From an uncultured Enterobacteriaceae bacterium (GTDB taxonomy: Bacteria > Pseudomonadota > Gammaproteobacteria > Burkholderiales > SG8-39): 64,000 nt of DNA. Position numbers and translations under genes: made by a program. The stretch lies in assembly GCA_964576525.1 (NCBI GenBank), contig CAZNVH010000087.1, forward strand, positions 8,914 through 72,913, given 5' to 3'. Below are positions 41,186-49,427 of this stretch, piece by piece; positions within the stretch are counted from its first letter, which is position 1; every line of letters begins with the position of its first letter. Under the pieces are notes generated by a model. It was not told the DNA's origin, did no database searches, and saw nothing but the letters and a program-made list of their open reading frames with translations.

Positions 41186-42178
41186 CTACAGACCGGACGG
41201 CTGGTAAAGCACGATGCGGCTGCCGGACATATCGAACTCGAACGGCACGTGCACGAACTTCGCCAGCTGCTCGCGCACCGCCGCCTGGCGCTCGGGCGCG
41301 ACGAACAGCAGCATGAAGCCGCCGCCGCCCGCCCCGAGAAGCTTGCCGCCAATGGCGCCCGCTTCGCGCGCTTGCGCGTAGATGCGGTCGATTTCGTCCG
41401 TCGTCACCATCTCCGAGAGCTTGCGTTTGTGCGTCCAGGCTTCGTGCAGCAGGCCGCCGAAGTCCGCGAGCGGGTGGTTCTTCGCGAGGACCTGCACGCC
41501 TTCGTCGACCATTGCGGTCATGCGGTGGATCTCCTCGGCGCGCTTCGCCAGGTTGCCGATCTTCGACTTGGCCACCTCGGAGGCGATGCGCGCGAATCCG
41601 GTGAACACCAGCATCAGGTTCTTCTGGAACGCGCCGAGGCGCTCGACCGGCAGCACCATCGGCTGCACCTCGATGCTGCCGTCGCGGCGGAAGTCGATGC
41701 GGTTGAAGCCGCCGTACGCCGCCGAGATCTGGTCCTGCGAGCCGACATTTTCCTGGATCACGTCCTGCTCGATGTGGATCGCGAGCGTGCCGAGCTCCTC
41801 CTTGGAGATAAGGCGCCCCTGCATCGCGCGCAGCGCGTTGATCAGGCCGACGGTGAACGCCGAACTCGAGCCCAGGCCGGAGCGCGCCGGCAGGTCGCCG
41901 TCATGGTGGATCTCCACGCCCTGGTCCCAGCGGAAATAGGTGAATACGCCGCGCACCGCGGGGTGCTGGATCTCGGCGATCTCGTTGACCGTTTCCTGCT
42001 TGCGGTAGACGAGGCGATGCTTGTAGTCGAAGAAGGGCGGCAGCCGCCGGCAGCTGATGTAGCAGTACTTGTCGATGGCCGTCGCGAGGACCGCGCCGCC
42101 ATGCTCTCGGTACCACTGCGGGTAATCGCTGCCGCCGCCAAAAAAAGAGACCCGAAAGGGGGTCCGGCTGATGATCAT
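41186..42178 (-). CDS. GHMP-family sugar kinase, HddA-like (heptose-7-P / anomeric sugar kinase type)
   Basis: MIISRTPFRVSFFGGGSDYP...DLPARSGLGSSSAFTVGL (GHMP motif II)...GKLLGAGGGGFMLLF (motif III). Confidence 0.7.
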   Translation of the reverse strand: MIISRTPFRVSFFGGGSDYPQWYREHGGAVLATAIDKYCYISCRRLPPFFDYKHRLVYRKQETVNEIAEIQHPAVRGVFTYFRWDQGVEIHHDGDLPARSGLGSSSAFTVGLINALRAMQGRLISKEELGTLAIHIEQDVIQENVGSQDQISAAYGGFNRIDFRRDGSIEVQPMVLPVERLGAFQKNLMLVFTGFARIASEVAKSKIGNLAKRAEEIHRMTAMVDEGVQVLAKNHPLADFGGLLHEAWTHKRKLSEMVTTDEIDRIYAQAREAGAIGGKLLGAGGGGFMLLFVAPERQAAVREQLAKFVHVPFEFDMSGSRIVLYQPSGL

Positions 42179-42222
42179 GATGTTAAAATCAAACCCAAAT
42201 TTTATCAGAGGGTTAGTGCCGC
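42179..42222. promoter_or_regulatory. AT-rich 44-bp divergent intergenic region (back-to-back promoters of the two sugar-nucleotide modules)
   Basis: gatgttaaaatcaaacccaaattttatcagagggttagtgccgc hand-counts at 17 of 44 G+C (39%), against about 70% in the flanks. It is the only non-coding DNA between the divergent operons. Confidence 0.35.
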
Positions 42223-43206
42223 ATGTTGGCGGGTTTTGTTAAGCAGGGGGACGCCGCCCTCCATACGCGCCTCTACCGTTCGCTGTATCGCATCCGACGC
42301 GCCGAAGAGGAAATCGCTCGCGTCTATCCGACGGACAAGATCAAGAGCCCGGTGCACCTGTCGATCGGCCAGGAGGGCGTGGCCGTCGGCGTGTGCGAAG
42401 CGCTCGAGCCTGACGACGTCGTCTTCGGCTCGTACCGCGGCCACGCGATGTATCTCGCGAAGGGCGGCGAGCTGAAACGCATGATCGCGGAGCTCTACGG
42501 CAAGATCGACGGCTGCGCGCGCGGCAAGGGCGGCTCGATGCACCTCGTCGACGTCGCGCGTGGCGTGATGGGGACTTCCGCGGTCGTCGCCACGACGATT
42601 CCGAACGCGGTCGGCTACGCGTACGCGCTCAGGCTGCGCAAGGAGCGCCGCGCCGTGGTTTCCTTCTTCGGCGACGGTGCAACGGAAGAAGGCGTGTTCA
42701 CCGAGTCGCTCAATTTCGCGGCGCTGAAGAAGCTGCCGATCCTCTTCGTCTGCGAGAACAACCGCTACGCCATCCATACCCACCAGCACCGGCGGCAGGC
42801 GAACGACGACATCTGCGGCCGCGTGCGCAGCCACGGCATCGCCGCGCATCGCATCGAGGAAAACGATGTGCTGGCGCTCCATGCGCTGACCAGAAAGCTG
42901 ATTCAAGAAGTTCGTGGCGGGAGCGGTCCGGCGTTCGTCGAGTGCATGACCTACCGCTGGCTCGAGCACGTCGGCCCCGGCGAGGACTTCGCCCTGGGTT
43001 TTCGCGAGCGCGCGGAAGCCGAGACCTGGAAGGAGGGCGATCCGGTGAAGAAAGTCGGCGACACGCTCGAGGCCGCGGCGCGCGAGCAGATCGAGAAGGA
43101 AGTCGAGGCCGAAATCGCCGCCGCATTCGATTTCGCCGAGTCGAGCGCCTTCCCCGGCGAAGCCGAGCTGCATCGCCACGTCTACCGGGACCGCGCCGAT
43201 GGATAG
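42223..43206 (+). CDS. Thiamine-diphosphate-dependent 2-oxoacid dehydrogenase E1 alpha-like subunit
   Basis: Canonical ThDP motif GDGATEEGVFTESLNFAALKKLPILFVCENN (GDG-x26-NN), plus ...SPVHLSIGQEGVAVG...YRGHA. Confidence 0.8.
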   Translation: MLAGFVKQGDAALHTRLYRSLYRIRRAEEEIARVYPTDKIKSPVHLSIGQEGVAVGVCEALEPDDVVFGSYRGHAMYLAKGGELKRMIAELYGKIDGCARGKGGSMHLVDVARGVMGTSAVVATTIPNAVGYAYALRLRKERRAVVSFFGDGATEEGVFTESLNFAALKKLPILFVCENNRYAIHTHQHRRQANDDICGRVRSHGIAAHRIEENDVLALHALTRKLIQEVRGGSGPAFVECMTYRWLEHVGPGEDFALGFRERAEAETWKEGDPVKKVGDTLEAAAREQIEKEVEAEIAAAFDFAESSAFPGEAELHRHVYRDRADG

Positions 43207-44245
43207 GGCAAGCTCGTTCGTCGACGCCATCCGCGAGGCAACCGACCAGGAGATGGCGCGCGACCCGCGCGTCGTGCTCTTCGGTCTCGACGTCGACGAC
43301 CCGAAGGCGATCCTCGGCACGACCAAGGGGCTGGCCGAGCGCTACGGGCCCGAGCGCGTGTTCGGAACACCGCTCTCCGAGGATGCGATGACCGGCGCTG
43401 CAGTCGGCATGGCGCTCGCCGGCCTGCGGCCGATCCACGTCCATATCCGCATGGACTTCGTGATGCTCGCCATGAACCAGCTCATCAACATGGCGGCGAA
43501 GACGCACTACATGTTCGGCGGCCAGGAGAGTTGCCCGCTGGTCGTGCGCTCGATCATCGGCAAGAGCTGGGGGCAGGGCGCGCAGCACTCGCAGGGCCTT
43601 TACGCCTTTTTCATGCACGTGCCCGGGCTGAAGGTCGTCGCGCCCTCCACGCCGTACGATGCCAAGGGCTGCCTCGCCGCGGCGGTGCGTGACGAGAATC
43701 CGGTGATGTTTGTCGAGCACCGCATTCTGTACTACCAGAAGGGGCCGGTGCCGGAGGAGAGTTATGAAGTCCTACCCGGCAAGGCGCGCGTCGCCGTCCC
43801 GGGCAAGGACGTGACCATCGTCGGCATCTCCTACATGCAGGTCGAGGCGCTGCGCGCGCAGCGCTACCTGCAGGAAGTCGGCGTGTCTGCCGAGATCATC
43901 GACCCGATCTGGCTCTCGCCGCTCGATGTCGACACCATCGCCGCTTCGGCGGCCCGCACCGGGCGGCTGCTGGTGGTCGACAACGGCTGGAGCACCTGCG
44001 GCGCGAGCGCCGAGATCCTCAGCGCCGTCTACGAGAAGCTGCAGGACGGCCGCCTGCCGCGCGCACGGCGCATGGCGTTCGCGCCGACGCCCTGCCCGAC
44101 GACGCCGAGCCTGGAGAAGCTCTTCTATCCCAACGCCCGCACCATCGCCGCCGCCGCGTACGACCTGGTCAAAGGCTCGCCGCAGGGCTGGCTGCCGCAC
44201 GAGCGTCCCGACCTCAACGACATCGAGTTCAAGGGGCCGTTCTGA
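43199..44245 (+). CDS. 2-oxoacid dehydrogenase E1 beta-like (transketolase pyrimidine-binding/C-terminal) subunit
   Basis: ...RVFGTPLSEDAMTGAAVGMALAGLRPI...QHSQGLYAFFMHVPGLKVVAPSTPYDAKG...; 8-nt overlap with the alpha subunit gene. Confidence 0.8.
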   Translation: MDRASSFVDAIREATDQEMARDPRVVLFGLDVDDPKAILGTTKGLAERYGPERVFGTPLSEDAMTGAAVGMALAGLRPIHVHIRMDFVMLAMNQLINMAAKTHYMFGGQESCPLVVRSIIGKSWGQGAQHSQGLYAFFMHVPGLKVVAPSTPYDAKGCLAAAVRDENPVMFVEHRILYYQKGPVPEESYEVLPGKARVAVPGKDVTIVGISYMQVEALRAQRYLQEVGVSAEIIDPIWLSPLDVDTIAASAARTGRLLVVDNGWSTCGASAEILSAVYEKLQDGRLPRARRMAFAPTPCPTTPSLEKLFYPNARTIAAAAYDLVKGSPQGWLPHERPDLNDIEFKGPF

Positions 44246-45417
44246 TGCAGTGGCCGCTGATGCGCAACAACATCGTGCGCGAGGACCTCGATTCGTTGAT
44301 CGAGCTGCTGCGCGGCGACGATCCGATGCTGACGCAGTCGGGCAACGTGCGCGCCTTCGAGCGCGAGTGGTCCGAGTGGCTCGGCGTCAGGCACAGCGTG
44401 TTCGTCAACTCCGGCTCGTCGGCGAACCTGATCACCATGGCGGCGCTGCGCGAGCTGCGCGGCAGCGGCGAAGTGATCGTGCCGACGCTCACCTGGGTCT
44501 CCGACATCGCCTCGGTCCTGCAATGCGGCTTCGATCCGGTGTTCGTCGACATCGACGAGCGCACTTTCGGCATGGACGTGGACGAGGTGCTGAAGAAGAT
44601 CACCAAGCGCACGCGCGCCGTTTTCCTCACGCATATCCTCGGCTACAACGCGCTCGACGACCGGCTGCTCGAGGGCCTCAGCAAGCGCGGCGTGCCTCTC
44701 GTCGAGGACGTGTGCGAGTCGCACGGCGCCACCTTCAGGGGCAGGAAGCTCGGCGCGTTCGGCCTGGTGTCGAACTTCTCCTTCTACTATGCCCACCACA
44801 TGAGCACGGTCGAAGGCGGCATGGTCTGCACCGACAACGCCGAGTTCTACGAGACGCTGCGCATGCTGCGCTCGCACGGTATGGTGCGCGAGATGCAATC
44901 GCCGGAGCTGAAGAGTAAGTACCAGAGCCGCTATCCGGACCTCAACCCCGACTTCATCTTCGCTTTCCCGGCCTACAACGTGCGCAGCACCGAGCTGAAC
45001 GCGGTCATCGGCCGCACGCAGCTCAAGCGGCTGGATGCCAATAACGAGCGACGCACCGAGAACCTGAAGCTGTTCCTGAAGAACCTCGATCCGAAGCTCT
45101 ACCGGACGGATTTTGCTGTCGAAGGCAGCTGCAACTACGCCTTTACTCTGGTGCTCAAGAAAGCCGACGATAAGCTGATGGCCGCCGTATCGAAAATCTT
45201 GCGGGAAGCGGGTGTTGAATTTCGCCGCGGCACTTCCGGCGGAGGCAATCAGCTCCGCCAACCCTACTTGCGCAAGCTCCTCGGCGATGACGCCTGGAAG
45301 TCCTACCCCAAGGTCGACCACGTGCACTTCTACGGCATGTACATCGGCAACTATCCGGATCTCGAGCACGATCGGATCCACGAGCTGTGCAAGCTGCTGA
45401 ACGGAGTGCGCGCTTGA
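44245..45417 (+). CDS. DegT/DnrJ/EryC1 fold enzyme of the PMP-dependent sugar 3-dehydratase type (ColD/E1-like)
   Basis: SGSSANL..., ...EDVCESHGA..., and NFSFYYAHHMSTVEGG. In that last motif, the position of the Schiff-base Lys in the aminotransferase motif SFHxxKxxxxxEGG is occupied by His. Confidence 0.7.
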   Translation: MQWPLMRNNIVREDLDSLIELLRGDDPMLTQSGNVRAFEREWSEWLGVRHSVFVNSGSSANLITMAALRELRGSGEVIVPTLTWVSDIASVLQCGFDPVFVDIDERTFGMDVDEVLKKITKRTRAVFLTHILGYNALDDRLLEGLSKRGVPLVEDVCESHGATFRGRKLGAFGLVSNFSFYYAHHMSTVEGGMVCTDNAEFYETLRMLRSHGMVREMQSPELKSKYQSRYPDLNPDFIFAFPAYNVRSTELNAVIGRTQLKRLDANNERRTENLKLFLKNLDPKLYRTDFAVEGSCNYAFTLVLKKADDKLMAAVSKILREAGVEFRRGTSGGGNQLRQPYLRKLLGDDAWKSYPKVDHVHFYGMYIGNYPDLEHDRIHELCKLLNGVRA

Positions 45418-46403
45418 GCGAGATCAGGAGCGCGCTCATCACCGGCATCGGCGGCTCGGGCGGCAGCTACCTCGCCGAGTACATCGCCGAGCACCATCCG
45501 CAGGTGAAGCTGCACGGCTTCGCGCGCTGGCACAGCACCACGCAGGAGAATCTGGCCAATCTCAAGGGCAAGGTGGCGGTGCATGAGGTGGATCTCAACG
45601 ACTTCGGCTCGGTGATCGAGGCGCTGCAGGCGGTGCGCCCGGACGCGATCTTCCACCTCGCCGCGCATGCCAACGTGCGCGCGTCGTTCATCACGCCGCA
45701 GGCGGTACTCTCGAACAACATTCTTGGCACCGGCAATCTCTTCGAGGCGGTGCGCATCGCCAAGCTCGATCCGCTGATCCAGCTCTGCAGCACTTCGGAG
45801 GTTTACGGCCAGGTCGATCCGAAGGACGTGCCGATCCGCGAGGAGGCGCCGCTGCGCCCGGCGAGCCCGTACGCAGTGTCGAAGGTGGCGCAGGATCTCC
45901 TCGGCTACACCTATTTCGTCGCCTACAAGATGCGCATCATCCGTACGCGCATGTTTGCTTACTTGAACCCGCGCCGGATCGATCTCTTCGCCACTTCATT
46001 TGCTCGCCAGGTCGCGCGCATCGAGGTCGGGCTGCAGCAGGAGCTTGCGCATGGCAATCTCGAATCCGTGCGCACCATCGTCGATGTGCGCGACGCCATG
46101 CGCGCCTACTGGGAGGCTTTGCTGCACTGCAAGGCGGGCGAGGTCTATAATATCGGCGGTACTGCGACGATGAGCGTCGGGGAAGTGCTCAAGAGGCTGA
46201 TCGCATTGGCGAAAAAACCCATCCCGACCCGCCTCGATCCAGCCCTGCTGCGCCCCGCCGACGTCACCCTACAGATTCCAAATGTCGAGCGATTCATCGC
46301 CGCGACCGGCTGGAAGCCGGAATATTCGTTCGACGAGAGCCTCGCGCACCTGCTTGAATACTGGCGCCGCCGCGCGGCTCAGGAGATAGCAACGACACGA
46401 TGA
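45414..46403 (+). CDS. GDP-mannose 4,6-dehydratase / Rmd-family extended SDR
   Basis: The TTG start (TTGA overlap) gives ALITGIGGSGGSYLAEYI...CSTSEVYG...ASPYAVSKVAQD, which is Gmd-like in its Rossmann motif and S/T-Y-K triad. Confidence 0.7.
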   Translation: MSEIRSALITGIGGSGGSYLAEYIAEHHPQVKLHGFARWHSTTQENLANLKGKVAVHEVDLNDFGSVIEALQAVRPDAIFHLAAHANVRASFITPQAVLSNNILGTGNLFEAVRIAKLDPLIQLCSTSEVYGQVDPKDVPIREEAPLRPASPYAVSKVAQDLLGYTYFVAYKMRIIRTRMFAYLNPRRIDLFATSFARQVARIEVGLQQELAHGNLESVRTIVDVRDAMRAYWEALLHCKAGEVYNIGGTATMSVGEVLKRLIALAKKPIPTRLDPALLRPADVTLQIPNVERFIAATGWKPEYSFDESLAHLLEYWRRRAAQEIATTR

Positions 46404-48466
46404 GCAATCTGCAGAACATCCGTATCGCCACTCGGGAAAATAATGCCCAGGTGACGCGCGCGGTCACGCTGCAGCCGGCGGCCGACAATAAGACGCCGCT
46501 GCGCGTCGGCCTGGTGCAGATCAACAACAGCTTCTCCGGCCAGAACTACATGCCGTATTCGGCGGGCCTGTTGCAGGCCTACGCCATGAAGAACGCGCGC
46601 CATCCGAAGCGCTATGACTTCCAGCTGCCGATCTACTCGCGCATCCCGGTGGCGAAGGCCGTCGAGCAGCTCAAGGACGCCGACGTCATCGGCTTCAGCG
46701 CCTACGTCTGGAACATCCGCATCTCGCTCGAGATCGCGCGCCGCCTGAAGGCGCTCAAGCCGGAGATGCTGATCGTCTTCGGCGGGCCGCAGGTGCCCGA
46801 CCGCTCGGAGGCGTTCCTGCGCGAGCACCGCTTCATCGACTTCGCGGTGCACGGCGAGGGCGAGGCGGTATTCCTGTCGATCCTCGAGAACTTTCCGTCG
46901 CGCACCTTCGAGCAGGTGCCTTCGATCAGCTTCGTGCGCGCCGACGGCAGCTTCCAGCTCAACCCGCGCGCCGAGCGCCTGCACGACATCTCGGTCATCC
47001 CGTCGCCCTACCTCTCGGGCATGTTCGACTCGCTGATGGCGGCGAACCCGCAGGAGAAGTGGCTGATCCTGTGGGAGACGAACCGCGGCTGCCCCTTCAA
47101 GTGCACCTTCTGCGACTGGGGTTCGGCGATCGCCGCCAAGGTCAGCCAGTTCGATCTCGAGCGGCTGCTGCGCGAAGTGGACTGGTTCGCCGGCAACAAG
47201 ATCGAGTTCATCTTCTGCTGCGACGCCAACTACGGCATGCTGAAGCGCGATTACGCCATCACCAAGTACGTCGCCGAGACCAAGCAGCGCCTGGGCTTTC
47301 CGCGGGCGCTGTCGGTGCAGAACACCAAGAATGGCACCGAGCGCGCCTACAAGGTGCAGAAGCTCCTCTCCGACGCCGGCCTCAACAAGGGCGTCGCCAT
47401 CGCGCTGCAATCGGTCGACGAGCACACGCTGGAGGCGATCAAGCGAGAGAACATCTCCACCGAGTCCTTCCAGGAGCTGCAGCGGCGCTTCACCCGCGAC
47501 CGGGTCGAGACCTACTCCGACCTGATCCTCGGGCTGCCGGGCGAGACCTACGACTCGTTCGCCGACGGCGTCGGCAGCGTCATCGACAACGGCCAGCACA
47601 ACCGCATCCAGTTCAACAACCTGTCGATCCTGCCGAACGCCGAGATGGGCGATCCCGCCTATCAGAAGAAATACGGCATGGTCACGGTGGAGACCAAGAT
47701 CGTCAACATCCACGGCTCGCTCAAGGAGACCGCGGAAGAAGAGATCTTCGAGGTGCAGGACTTGGTCGTCGCCACGGCATCGATGCCGCACGCGGCGTGG
47801 GTGCGCACGCGCGCCTTCTGCTGGATGACGGCGCTGCTGCACTTCGACAAGGTGATGCAGATTCCGCTGGTGCTGGTGCGCAACCTGTGCGACATCGGCT
47901 ACCGCGACATCGTCGAGGCTTTCCTCGGCGAGCGCGCCGACCGCTACCCGGTGATCGCCGACATCAAGCGCTTCTTCGTCGACAAGGCGCGCGACATCCA
48001 GGGCGGCGGCGCGGAGTACTGCCACTCGGACGAGTGGCTCGACATCTTCTGGCCGGCCGACGAGTACGTGCTGATCAAGCTGTGCGTCGAGGGCAAGCTC
48101 GACCGTTTCTACGCCGAGGCCGAGAGCCTGCTCGCCGAGCTGACCGAGGCGAGATCGGCGGCGCTGCCGCGCGAGCTCCTGCACGAGGCGGTGCGCCTCA
48201 ACCGCCAGTTGATCAAGCTGCCGTTCCAGCGCGACGACATCGAGGTCGAGACCTCGCACAACATCTGGGATTACTACCGCGCCGTGCTGGTGGGCGACCG
48301 CGTGCCGCTCGAGGACCGTGCCTGCATCAACCGCATCCGCCGAAGCCAGGCCGTCTACGAAACCTGGACCGACTGGTACCGCGAGGTGATCTGGTACGGC
48401 AACAAGAAGGGCGCCTACCTCTACGGAAACGACGCCGCCGAGCGGGAACTCGCCGGCCACTACTAG
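46400..48466 (+). CDS. Cobalamin-binding (class B) radical SAM enzyme, 688 aa
   Basis: N-terminal B12-binding-like Rossmann region ...VIGFSAYVWNIRISLEIARRLKALKPEMLIVFGGPQV.... Radical SAM cluster motif NRGCPFKCTFCDWG (CxxxCxxC). Long C-terminal extension of about 250 aa. ATGA overlap with the upstream gene. Confidence 0.8.
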   Translation: MSNLQNIRIATRENNAQVTRAVTLQPAADNKTPLRVGLVQINNSFSGQNYMPYSAGLLQAYAMKNARHPKRYDFQLPIYSRIPVAKAVEQLKDADVIGFSAYVWNIRISLEIARRLKALKPEMLIVFGGPQVPDRSEAFLREHRFIDFAVHGEGEAVFLSILENFPSRTFEQVPSISFVRADGSFQLNPRAERLHDISVIPSPYLSGMFDSLMAANPQEKWLILWETNRGCPFKCTFCDWGSAIAAKVSQFDLERLLREVDWFAGNKIEFIFCCDANYGMLKRDYAITKYVAETKQRLGFPRALSVQNTKNGTERAYKVQKLLSDAGLNKGVAIALQSVDEHTLEAIKRENISTESFQELQRRFTRDRVETYSDLILGLPGETYDSFADGVGSVIDNGQHNRIQFNNLSILPNAEMGDPAYQKKYGMVTVETKIVNIHGSLKETAEEEIFEVQDLVVATASMPHAAWVRTRAFCWMTALLHFDKVMQIPLVLVRNLCDIGYRDIVEAFLGERADRYPVIADIKRFFVDKARDIQGGGAEYCHSDEWLDIFWPADEYVLIKLCVEGKLDRFYAEAESLLAELTEARSAALPRELLHEAVRLNRQLIKLPFQRDDIEVETSHNIWDYYRAVLVGDRVPLEDRACINRIRRSQAVYETWTDWYREVIWYGNKKGAYLYGNDAAERELAGHY

Positions 48467-49426
48467 GTGCGTTACCGGAAACTGGGCCGCTCCGGCCTCT
48501 CGGTGTCCGAGGTCGGCTTCGGCGCCTGGGGCATCGGCGGCAACAAGGACGGCGCGGTCGCCTACGGGCCGACCGACGAGGCGCAGTCGCTCGACGCGCT
48601 CGCCGCGGCGCGCGACGCCGGCATCAACTTCTTCGACACCGCGGATCTCTACGGCTTCGGCGAGAGCGAGCGCCTCATCGGCAGGGCCTTTTCCGGCTGC
48701 CGCGACCAGGTGGTCATCGCCAGCAAGGTCGGTATGCTGGATGCGACGGGCAAGCAGGATTTCGAGCCCGCGCGCATCGAGAAGGCGCTCGACGCCAGCT
48801 TGGCGCGGCTTCGGACCGACTATGTGGATCTCTATCAACTCCATAGCCCGTCGCTCGAGGTCCTCGAAAGCAAGCCTGCGGTCCTCCGGACGCTGGACAG
48901 GCTGCGGGAGAGAGGGAAGATTCGCTGCGTCGGCATCTCGCTGCGCGGCCCGGAGGAGGGCGCAAGAGCGCTCGCGCTCTATCCGTTCGCCGCGGTACAG
49001 GTGAACTTCAACCTGCTCGACCAGCGCCTGCTCGACCTCGGCCTCGCCGAGCTCTGCGCCGAGCGCGGCGCCGGCATCATCGCTCGCACGCCGCTTTGCT
49101 TCGGCTTCCTCACCACGAAATACTCGGCTGACGAAAAGTTCGATGCGTCGGACCATCGCAGCCGCTGGAATCCGGAGCAACGCCGCGTCTGGGCATCGGC
49201 GTATGACCTGTTCGAGAAATACAGCAAGAAGCCGGAGACGGCGGCGCAATTTGCCATCCGCTTCTGTCTCTCATTCGAAGCAGTGTCGTCCGTGATTCCC
49301 GGCATGCTCACCCGCGAGCACGTCGCGGAGAACAGCGTCGCCGGCGGTACGCCGATGCTCGGCGCGCCGGAGACGAGCCGCATCCGCGACATCTACAAAT
49401 CGAACCGCTTTTTTGTCGGACGCTGA
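48467..49426 (+). CDS. Aldo/keto reductase
   Basis: The GTG lies immediately after the upstream TAG. YRKLGRSGLSVSEVGFGAWGIGG...FFDTADLYG.GESE...DLYQLHSP shows the AKR signatures. Confidence 0.85.
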   Translation: MRYRKLGRSGLSVSEVGFGAWGIGGNKDGAVAYGPTDEAQSLDALAAARDAGINFFDTADLYGFGESERLIGRAFSGCRDQVVIASKVGMLDATGKQDFEPARIEKALDASLARLRTDYVDLYQLHSPSLEVLESKPAVLRTLDRLRERGKIRCVGISLRGPEEGARALALYPFAAVQVNFNLLDQRLLDLGLAELCAERGAGIIARTPLCFGFLTTKYSADEKFDASDHRSRWNPEQRRVWASAYDLFEKYSKKPETAAQFAIRFCLSFEAVSSVIPGMLTREHVAENSVAGGTPMLGAPETSRIRDIYKSNRFFVGR

Positions 49427-49427
49427 C

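Noticed and set aside
28340-48466. Possible functional link between the B12 riboswitch/btuB-btuF uptake locus and the B12-dependent radical SAM gene 18 kb away.
   Set aside because: The two loci are separated by unrelated LPS core, TA and rfb genes and lie in different transcription units. B12 uptake genes are common housekeeping content. The co-occurrence is noted but is not evidence of a dedicated system.
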